From: an uncultured Bacteroidales bacterium
Lineage (GTDB): Bacteria > Bacteroidota > Bacteroidia > Bacteroidales > CAYVNP01
NCBI GenBank assembly: GCA_964452905.1
Contig: CAYVNP010000001.1
Span: 93,066 to 157,065 of the forward strand
Length of the DNA: 64,000 nucleotides
Reading direction: 5' to 3'
Below the pieces are notes generated by a model that saw nothing but the letters and a program-made list of their open reading frames with translations, had not been told where the DNA came from and made no database searches. Positions 1 to 8,174 of the stretch are shown piece by piece. Both the position numbers and the translations under genes were made by a program. Within the stretch, counting starts at the first letter, position 1. Every line of letters begins with the position of its first letter.

Positions 1-3000
1 AAAAGAAATTTGATAATCATAATCATGTAATCCGGATGCATCAGGATATCCGCTCCCTGATATGTTTCCCGACTTATCTGTAGCTTTGATGAGCAATTCA
101 TAATTCCCATCCTCAGTAAATACAGGGTCCCATTCAATCCGTGCTGTATTTTTGGGCAATGTTGCTGCTGTAAATTTCAGAATTTCAATTCCGTTTTGCA
201 TAAAATAAATCCGTTTGGGTGATTCACCGGTAGGAGTCTTAAGATATATCCTGAACAGAGAAGTATCATTTAATAATAAATATTTATTTTCATCATTTAA
301 CGTAATCATCACTTCGGGTTTACCGGAAACAATATCTCCATTAAGTATATGAACACCGTCAAATGTTAAATCAAGTATAGGATTGGTTTTATCTTTCCCA
401 ACATAAAAATTCTTTTGAAGAATATTATTAAAATGAAATTGTTCTGGCTGAAAATACTGATCATTCAAAGGATTCACCGGATTTACTTCAACCCATAAAC
501 TATTCAGTCCTCTCAATCCATTCGATGGGAATGAGATGGAATCAATCAATATATCTGCCGAGGGATGTAAACGTGTTTTCTTATAAGCAAGTTCATGGAC
601 AACTCGGCTCTGATCAATCAACCAGTAATGATTAATGATCGTATCTTTAAAATTAAAATCACTGATGTTATGCGTTGCTATCGTAACTCTAACCTTTTCA
701 CCTTCGGTAAGTGTATCCTTGAAAAAACTAAAACGAATTGATGGGTCAATAGCTGTTTCAGGTACTTCATCAAATAACACATGCCATCTTTTTAAATATG
801 TTGGTGTTCGGGTTAAATTATCCTTGGTAAATAAAATCAACTTGAGATAAGGATAAACGGCAGCATCAATGCGATTATAAAGGTCTGTAATATCAATTGA
901 ATCTTTTATCGGAGGAAGATTACGAATGACGGTATCAATATCACCATTCTTTTTTATACCGATCACTTTTAGCATGACTGTATCGGTAACCGGAATTTTT
1001 TCTTTGGGTATACTTCGCCAGTGCAATGAATTCCATCGAAAAGCAGGACCAATTAATGTAGATTGGATATATCCTTCATTCCATTTCACAACAATACTGT
1101 CTTTCAGTTGAATGATCTGATTCTGGGCAACAGCCGTTATTTCATGCGAGGAATGAATTGTATCTTTATATTTTTTCCCAAAACATATATAAGGTGTCTT
1201 ATTCCCTGCATTCACAATATTCTGACACCCACATGATTTGAATGCCCGCTGAAGTTCAGGTGGATAAAACTGACTATTCAGATCACGATGACTATAGGTT
1301 AGAAAAAAATAACCTTCGGGTACAGAGTCAATAAACCCTTTCATCCTGCTGAACCATTCTTGTTGTGTAATTAAAGAAAAATCTTGAGTAGGATAATCAA
1401 AACCCGGACGGACATTATCATTTTTGCATTGATAACTCAAGTATTTACCTGTATATTTATTTTCGGGATTACCTGCCGAATTGAGCCATGGGTCTCCGGT
1501 TACCGGATCAAATACCATAAACTTCACCCCTCCGTTACGATCACCCAGGCATGACCATTCACTTATTAAGAAACCATTTACCCTGCACCATTCTTCTCTC
1601 CAGTCAATATATGGATAATAACCTGTTTGAACTGTTAATGCTTTAATATCATTTGAAAATTGGAATGAACGAAGCAGATGATCATATTTGATAAATTTAA
1701 AATTATCTTTTTTGAACTGAAAGAAATGCGCCTGCCCCCATCCTCTTTTACCGGAAATATATTGAAATGAACTTTCTCTCCAGTTGTATTTCCCATAACT
1801 TGATGAATCAATTCCTACCCGCCAAAAAAACACTGTGCTGTCTTTGGCAAATGCAACAGGAGCATCCCAGGTAACCACCCCTCCTGCATGGCTAACAATA
1901 CCACGGGCTAAAGGATTCAGAAACAAATCGGTTGTATCTATTTCAAAAACATATTTACGTTCAGGAGCAAAAGGATTACCGGTATATGCTTTGAGAGTTA
2001 CCTTATTTTGAGGTATAACCGAATATTCATAAGGATAAACCGGCATGATGTCATAGGATGTAATCGGTAACACGACAGTAACTGAATTATTTAATTTGCT
2101 TAATTCACTGATTTCATTCCAGGCATCTAATGTTATCTTCAAGGTATTCAATCCAATCCCTTTGAATGAATTAACATCTAAAGACACTGTAACCGTATCC
2201 TGATACATAGGTGCATGAACACGGAGATTGGTATCTTTCTGTGAACCATCAGGAAATGTGCGGGTAATATTAATGATATACTCAGCATGAACAGCTTTGC
2301 CTAAGTTGGTTGCAATAATATTTATGTTAAAAGATTTTAAATCGCCTGTAACATTTTCAGGTGTAAAATAGACAGATGAGGGTGAAATTGTATAATCCGG
2401 TTTACCGGAAGAACTAAGGCAAATAGCAGGATCACCATGATAAACAAATTCATAAATCAAATTCTTATAATTAAAATCGTTAACCTGGATTGTTTTTATC
2501 GTTTGCTGAATGGAGGTGCCGAGCGATTTACCATAATTTTTATATGCAATATTCCGATATAACTCATCGGAATAAATATTCAGATAATAATCTATTCCTT
2601 TGGTGATGGATGCCAGATAAGCGATAGCGCCTTTATTGGCAATAAGAACATATATTTCACTTGAACTGTTCTGTTCAGAAAAAATATCTCCTGCAAAACA
2701 AGAATTGGCAATCATGAAGGGATATTTACCCTGATTGTTGTATTCGGACGGATAATCAATACTTTCATCAAAGCCAATGCCGGAAGCGTGTCCAAAGAAT
2801 GTCATCATGGAAATACCATTATTGATCATATTTTTAAGTGAATCTGAACGATTGATCTGAAAAGGAGTTGCCGATGTTTTGAAAAAACTATTCACATGAC
2901 CGCCAAATAAAGTGTCTTCAATGATATTTTTATAATTATTTAAATATTGTTTGAAAATATTCTGCTGATTTAGATTGACGCCGCCGCCAAAATGCAACAC

Positions 3001-4728
3001 CTGTTTCATCCACTCTTGAGGATGTTTCAATGCTGTTTCGTGCTCCTTGACTTTATTCAGATATAAAAGCACATCCTCATTGGTTTTGGCACTTAGTCTG
3101 CCGGTAGCAAGTGCAGGATAGTAAACCGGATCATTCAGATGAGCAGTAAGAAGTATATCTGACGGTGGTGTCCCCATAGAGGGTACAAGCGTCATATCAT
3201 AGGTAAGCGGGTCTTTGCGGTAAAATTTTAATACACTGTTGATCTCCGAATCATCCCCTGACCGATACGCTTTTCCGATTAAAAATAAATATTTGGGATT
3301 GATTGAAAACTTAGATAAGCAATCACGAATAAAATTTCGGATTGCCAACGGATGTTTCCCAATACCGTATGCATATTGGTCATACAGGTCATCCACATCT
3401 GCCAGCAATGTTTTATAACCGGTTGAATTCCGGTAACTGCTGTACTGTGAAGCCCCTGTCAGCAAACGTTTATGGGTAATAATCAAATAATCGGAATTAA
3501 TATATTTTCCGGCGCAATAATTAATAAACTTTGCGTAGGCAGATGGATTCGTATTTACCGGTATCAATGAAGAAATAGATTTTATCTGATGATCGGATGT
3601 GATGTAACAAAATTTTTCAGCACCTGTATTAGCAATTAAAGCTGAATACGCATTTCCATTTTTATATACAGCAATACGTTTGTGATTGGTCAGATCAAAT
3701 AAACGAACCGTATCATTGTTCTGAACAGCAAGACTGGTCATATTCAGCAGGGATTTTATCTGAGGTGAATCAGGAATATACATGGCTGCACTTGAATCAT
3801 TTCCCAGTTGAAACGTATGGGGATATTTAACCTGCAGATAAGCAATTGTATTTCTGTCAGCTTGATTATTCGGCAGATCATTGATAGATGTGAATGTAAA
3901 CTGTGTGTTAGTAGTTGATAACTCAGCAGGGGAAACTGAGTAATTCAGTTTTATCATTTTAAATCCTTCAAAGATGGTATCAAAAGATTTTCCTGCAAAA
4001 GTTATACGAACATGATGATCCGGATCAACTGACTGATAATTTGACTGCCCTATCAACATACATTCAATGTTAGCAGGAGGACCGCCAACATAAGAGTTTC
4101 TTGTATTTAAACTTTTTGTAATTGTTCCGCCAAGTTTAAACCCATTATCAAACCAACCCTCTCCAGAAATATAGTCCGGATCGCTGATTCCATCCGGTGA
4201 CACATCACCAAGAAAATAATGATCACTATAATCAACACGTGAACGTTTATAAAAAAAAGGAATTGACTGATAAGCAGAAAAATTATTATCATCCTCCACT
4301 TTCATTCTTCTGTTGCTGATCAGGTTATTAAAGGTGAGAAAATAAATTGCCGTATCATTAAACAAGCTGTAGTCGGGATTTGCCTGTGAAGAAGGACTAT
4401 CAAATAAAGGGATGTCAAAACGACCATCATTTTTTGTTCCATAAAATTCAATGTAATCCGAACCGTCAAAACGACCATCCTTTTCACCGGGAATATAAAT
4501 ATATTGTTCTTCTCCATATTTGAAAAGCTGGATGGAACGGGGATCGATTGCATTGGGATCAATTCCTGCATTTTGCAATGTATTCAGATCAATGCGATAA
4601 ATTCCCTCCTGATTTATCTTTATTTTAAAATATGATTGCGAATAATTGATCCATTCATTTCCTATCGGTTGAGCAAGAGAATTACCGTAGAAAATTAATA
4701 ATACAAGTATGACAATAATATATTTCAT
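1..4728 (-). CDS. PorU-like C25 (gingipain-family) cysteine peptidase, putative T9SS sortase paralogue; N-terminus complete, C-terminus beyond the window edge
   Basis: My own minus-strand translation from ATG 4728-4726 (signal peptide MKYIIVILVLLIFYGNSLAQ) stays open for 1576 codons down to base 1. I checked triplets for stops in several stretches. It is absent from the supplied track only because it has no stop in the window; no other >=60-aa ORF exists between 1112 and 4106. It has a C25-type dyad: FFGHASGIGF (His codon 2788-2790) and FMIANSCFAGD (Cys codon 2698-2700). Confidence 0.8.
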   Translation of the reverse strand, partial: MKYIIVILVLLIFYGNSLAQPIGNEWINYSQSYFKIKINQEGIYRIDLNTLQNAGIDPNAIDPRSIQLFKYGEEQYIYIPGEKDGRFDGSDYIEFYGTKNDGRFDIPLFDSPSSQANPDYSLFNDTAIYFLTFNNLISNRRMKVEDDNNFSAYQSIPFFYKRSRVDYSDHYFLGDVSPDGISDPDYISGEGWFDNGFKLGGTITKSLNTRNSYVGGPPANIECMLIGQSNYQSVDPDHHVRITFAGKSFDTIFEGFKMIKLNYSVSPAELSTTNTQFTFTSINDLPNNQADRNTIAYLQVKYPHTFQLGNDSSAAMYIPDSPQIKSLLNMTSLAVQNNDTVRLFDLTNHKRIAVYKNGNAYSALIANTGAEKFCYITSDHQIKSISSLIPVNTNPSAYAKFINYCAGKYINSDYLIITHKRLLTGASQYSSYRNSTGYKTLLADVDDLYDQYAYGIGKHPLAIRNFIRDCLSKFSINPKYLFLIGKAYRSGDDSEINSVLKFYRKDPLTYDMTLVPSMGTPPSDILLTAHLNDPVYYPALATGRLSAKTNEDVLLYLNKVKEHETALKHPQEWMKQVLHFGGGVNLNQQNIFKQYLNNYKNIIEDTLFGGHVNSFFKTSATPFQINRSDSLKNMINNGISMMTFFGHASGIGFDESIDYPSEYNNQGKYPFMIANSCFAGDIFSEQNSSSEIYVLIANKGAIAYLASITKGIDYYLNIYSDELYRNIAYKNYGKSLGTSIQQTIKTIQVNDFNYKNLIYEFVYHGDPAICLSSSGKPDYTISPSSVYFTPENVTGDLKSFNINIIATNLGKAVHAEYIINITRTFPDGSQKDTNLRVHAPMYQDTVTVSLDVNSFKGIGLNTLKITLDAWNEISELSKLNNSVTVVLPITSYDIMPVYPYEYSVIPQNKVTLKAYTGNPFAPERKYVFEIDTTDLFLNPLARGIVSHAGGVVTWDAPVAFAKDSTVFFWRVGIDSSSYGKYNWRESSFQYISGKRGWGQAHFFQFKKDNFKFIKYDHLLRSFQFSNDIKALTVQTGYYPYIDWREEWCRVNGFLISEWSCLGDRNGGVKFMVFDPVTGDPWLNSAGNPENKYTGKYLSYQCKNDNVRPGFDYPTQDFSLITQQEWFSRMKGFIDSVPEGYFFLTYSHRDLNSQFYPPELQRAFKSCGCQNIVNAGNKTPYICFGKKYKDTIHSSHEITAVAQNQIIQLKDSIVVKWNEGYIQSTLIGPAFRWNSLHWRSIPKEKIPVTDTVMLKVIGIKKNGDIDTVIRNLPPIKDSIDITDLYNRIDAAVYPYLKLILFTKDNLTRTPTYLKRWHVLFDEVPETAIDPSIRFSFFKDTLTEGEKVRVTIATHNISDFNFKDTIINHYWLIDQSRVVHELAYKKTRLHPSADILIDSISFPSNGLRGLNSLWVEVNPVNPLNDQYFQPEQFHFNNILQKNFYVGKDKTNPILDLTFDGVHILNGDIVSGKPEVMITLNDENKYLLLNDTSLFRIYLKTPTGESPKRIYFMQNGIEILKFTAATLPKNTARIEWDPVFTEDGNYELLIKATDKSGNISGSGYPDASGLHDYDYQISF

Positions 4729-5846
4729 TAAAATAAATGTTTTGTTTTTTGTTTGGGTTTATTAAAACATAACTTTAATGAAAACACATTTGAATAAAGA
4801 GAAATGGAGCGATCTCCAAGATCGGTCAGGGTATAATCAATGGAAATACTTTTCATGATATTTACTCCCACACCCATATTTATCTGATAAGAAGAAACCC
4901 GTTTATTTGCATTGTTTGTTAGATGCTGAAAATTCCCAAACCCTGCACGAAGAAAAATAATTTTATTGTATGAAACCTCCAGACCTGCATGTGGATCAAT
5001 ACTGACAGGATTTGACGCGATCATTACATTTCTTTTTCTGTCAAACGTAATATCAGCATCCAATGCAACAAGGCAAGAAATTTTGGGTGTTAAATTTATT
5101 TTTCTGGCAATACCCGGAATTAATTTGGGGAGAGTAATTTCTAATGAATTTTCAGGAACCGTATTTCCGAGTAATGTCAATTGTGCTTTATCCTCATCTG
5201 TAAAATCATATTTCCAGGCATTGAAGGTGGTGGTAATATCTCTGCCCATTAACCCAAACATCCAGTTGTTGAGCTCATACTGCAAACCAAAGTCAATACC
5301 AAACCCCCATGAAGAAGCGAAATAACCTGCTTTGTTGTGAATCACTTTTGCCGTAGCCCCGTATCGTAATCCATTTATTTTAGTATTGGCATGTCCGTAG
5401 GAAAGAAAAAATCCATAACCGACAGCAGAGAATGAAGTTATCTTATCATAATTAAAATTCCCTTCACTGTCAATAAAATAAAGCGTGTTGGGAATATCAT
5501 CCACTCCTACCCTGATCACGGAAAGACTAAGCCCGCCTGATGTACCTGTTTTTGCAGCTATTGCACCATAATCATATTTGGCTATTCCGGCAAAATATTC
5601 ATTGTGCATCAAAGCAATTTGTCTTTCATTTTCAAGTTTCCCAAGCCCGGCTGGATTCCAGTAACCAGCTGTAACATCATTGGTTGTTGATGAAACAGAA
5701 TTGGACATAGCCAAAGCCCTTGCCCCAACACCAATTGAAAGAAAATCATTGCTGTATTTTGGAATTTGAGAATAAACAGAAAAACAACATATATAAAATA
5801 AAAATATATGAAAGTAAATGAATTTTATATACTTAAAATTATACAT
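4728..5846 (-). CDS. PorV/PorQ-family outer-membrane beta-barrel protein (PorV-like)
   Basis: 372-aa ORF with a signal peptide ending SVYSQ. It has the N-terminal motif SIGVGARALAMSNS...AGYWNPAGLG typical of PorV/PorQ barrels, an alternating beta-strand pattern and a C-terminal F. Its TAA stop overlaps the ATG of the downstream C25 gene (TAATG). Confidence 0.7.
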   Translation of the reverse strand: MYNFKYIKFIYFHIFLFYICCFSVYSQIPKYSNDFLSIGVGARALAMSNSVSSTTNDVTAGYWNPAGLGKLENERQIALMHNEYFAGIAKYDYGAIAAKTGTSGGLSLSVIRVGVDDIPNTLYFIDSEGNFNYDKITSFSAVGYGFFLSYGHANTKINGLRYGATAKVIHNKAGYFASSWGFGIDFGLQYELNNWMFGLMGRDITTTFNAWKYDFTDEDKAQLTLLGNTVPENSLEITLPKLIPGIARKINLTPKISCLVALDADITFDRKRNVMIASNPVSIDPHAGLEVSYNKIIFLRAGFGNFQHLTNNANKRVSSYQINMGVGVNIMKSISIDYTLTDLGDRSISLYSNVFSLKLCFNKPKQKTKHLF

Positions 5847-5985
5847 AAAGGATAATGATTAACAAAAATAATGATTTAATTGAATATAATTTTGTTTTCG
5901 TTGAAACAATAAAAATATTCTAAGAAAGAATTAGTTTAATTGATTTTTAATTTTATAAATTGGCTCCATCAAAAATTAATCAACC

Positions 5986-8157
5986 ATGAAATATTCAAAA
6001 AAATTAACATTTTTCTTTTTATTATTTCCATTTTTAACTTTTGCACAAAAAGGAAAAGATGGTATTAAAAACATAACCAATGCCGATTCCATCGTCAATG
6101 TGTATACCAATCTTACAACAAAAGCAAATGCGGGAGCAACGACAATAAAAGTTGGTAATGGATCAATTGTCCAAACCGGTGATTTGGTTATGATCATACA
6201 AGTGCAAGGTGCTATTATTCAGGCAGGTCGTGTAATTCCTGATCCTGCAGGTGGTCCCGAAGCACCCGCTCCGGGTTTGAATCCTGAAGACTGGGGAAAA
6301 GTATTAAATTTACAAAACACAGGGAAATATGAATTGCGCGAAGTAGCCAGTGTTTCCGGTAATACCATTACACTTACCTGTCCTCTCCAAAATACATATG
6401 ATTTTCAATATACTTCCAAATGTTCATCAAATCCCGGTGATCGAAATTTATCGGGAACCTGTAATTTTACTGCAAAAGTTGAAATTGTTAAGGTTCCACG
6501 TTATCAAAGTCTGACCATTAATGCAGGACAAAAAATTACATCCCCTTCATGGAATGGAACAACCGGAGGTATTATTGCTCTTGAGGTAAACGGTGATATT
6601 AAATTAGATGGCAATATTGACGCATCTTTCAAAGGGTTCAGAGGTGGAGCAGCTCAACCGGCAAGAGGAGCGGGTGATAATGTTTTATGGTTCTGGACAA
6701 ATAATAATGTGAGTGGCGGTGAAAAAGGGGAAGGCATAGCCGGATATCAGGCAGATTATGATCTTTATGGCGGACGATGGAGTCGTGGTGCACCTGCCAA
6801 TGGCGGTGGCGGCGGTAATGGACACAACTGTGGGGGTGGCGGAGGCGCTAATGCCGGCGACCTTTCGCTTTATGACGGGCTGGGAACGCCTGATACATCT
6901 ATTACTGACTGGATACAAGCATGGGAACTGGAAGCTAAAGGGTTTTCAAAACATTATTCTTCAGGTGGCGGCAGAGGCGGTTATGGTTGGTCAAACAAGG
7001 AACAGAATGCATTGTTAATCGGTCCCGGGTTAAGCAGTTGGGGTGGTGAAAGCAGACAAAACCGTGGTGGCCGCGGTGGTCGCCCTTTGGATTATAATAA
7101 TACAGGAAGAATCTATATGGGCGGTGGTGGCGGAGCCGGTGATGCCGATAATGGCTGGGGAAAACCCGGTGGCAACGGCGGTGGAATTGTATATATCGTC
7201 TGTAATGGTCAAATCACAGGGGCAGGAAAAATTCTGTCCGAAGGTCAGAAAGCTGCTCCGGTAGATGGCATTTCATTGTTCGGCAGCCACGACTGCTGCA
7301 CAGATGCCGGTTCAGGCGGAGGTTCTGGTGGAACCATCATTGTAAATGCTTTAAATAATGTCAGCGGTATTACTATATCTGTTCGGGGAGGTGATGGAGG
7401 AGACCAGAAATACCGTGATCCGAATATACAACCCGAAGCCGAAGGACCCGGCGGTGGCGGTAGTGGTGGATTTGTTTCTGTGAGCGATGCTTCACTTACA
7501 GGCAATATTTTTGGTGGAAATGGAGGAATCACCACCAGCACAGCCATGACTGAATTCAAAGTTAATGGCGGAACAAAAGGCGCTGTCGGTTTTTCAATCA
7601 AAGCGACCATTGAAGTATCTGACGTAGAAATATGTGCTGATACGCTCACAACATTAACTGCGAAAATTATCGGCGCTGCGCCTACCGGAACAAAGATTGG
7701 CTGGTATGACGCACAATCCAGTACAGATACGTTGGCAACAGGTAAATTCACAACGCCTATTCTGTATAGCAAAAAAACATATTGGGTTGGTGCTTATACC
7801 GATGATTGCGGCACTCCATTCTATATTAAACGTGTTTCAATGAATGTTAATGTAAAAAATTGTAAAAAAGATACCTCTTCGGTCAAAGCACCCAATGTCT
7901 TTACACCCAATAATGACGGCGTGAATGATAAATTCAAAGTTGAACATTCAGGTACGTTTGATAACTTTTCAATCGTTATTTTCAATCGTTGGGGAAGAAA
8001 AGTATATGAAGCAAAAGATATCAGTTTTGAATGGGATGGGAAAGATTGTGATGATGGCGTTTATTATTATGTCATCAATGCAAAAGGATCCGATGGGAAG
8101 GATTACAATGCAAAGGGCAATAAAGGAATGAGAGGAACTTTAACTATTTTACGTTGA
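5986..8157 (+). CDS. Glycine-rich secreted protein with T9SS type B (gliding-motility-associated) C-terminal sorting domain
   Basis: 723-aa ORF with signal peptide ...FLTFAQ and many poly-Gly blocks. The C-terminus APNVFTPNNDGVNDKF...IFNRWGRKVYE...WDGK...DGVYYYVI...RGTLTILR matches the type B CTD consensus. Confidence 0.85.
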   Translation: MKYSKKLTFFFLLFPFLTFAQKGKDGIKNITNADSIVNVYTNLTTKANAGATTIKVGNGSIVQTGDLVMIIQVQGAIIQAGRVIPDPAGGPEAPAPGLNPEDWGKVLNLQNTGKYELREVASVSGNTITLTCPLQNTYDFQYTSKCSSNPGDRNLSGTCNFTAKVEIVKVPRYQSLTINAGQKITSPSWNGTTGGIIALEVNGDIKLDGNIDASFKGFRGGAAQPARGAGDNVLWFWTNNNVSGGEKGEGIAGYQADYDLYGGRWSRGAPANGGGGGNGHNCGGGGGANAGDLSLYDGLGTPDTSITDWIQAWELEAKGFSKHYSSGGGRGGYGWSNKEQNALLIGPGLSSWGGESRQNRGGRGGRPLDYNNTGRIYMGGGGGAGDADNGWGKPGGNGGGIVYIVCNGQITGAGKILSEGQKAAPVDGISLFGSHDCCTDAGSGGGSGGTIIVNALNNVSGITISVRGGDGGDQKYRDPNIQPEAEGPGGGGSGGFVSVSDASLTGNIFGGNGGITTSTAMTEFKVNGGTKGAVGFSIKATIEVSDVEICADTLTTLTAKIIGAAPTGTKIGWYDAQSSTDTLATGKFTTPILYSKKTYWVGAYTDDCGTPFYIKRVSMNVNVKNCKKDTSSVKAPNVFTPNNDGVNDKFKVEHSGTFDNFSIVIFNRWGRKVYEAKDISFEWDGKDCDDGVYYYVINAKGSDGKDYNAKGNKGMRGTLTILR

Positions 8158-8174
8158 TCCAATTCTAATTTATA

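Noticed and set aside
635-4571. Small track ORFs at 635-850(+), 926-1111(+), 4107-4292(-) and 4320-4571(-)
   Set aside because: All lie inside, and out of frame with, the 1576-codon PorU-like ORF that runs off the left edge. They have low-complexity, junk-like sequences.
7245-7772. 175-aa Pro-rich antisense ORF inside the glycine-rich gene (and similar ones at 6685-7264)
   Set aside because: This is the mirror image of GGN glycine codons (NCC gives Pro/Ala/Thr/Ser). The sense frame has the signal peptide and CTD; the antisense frame has no independent support.
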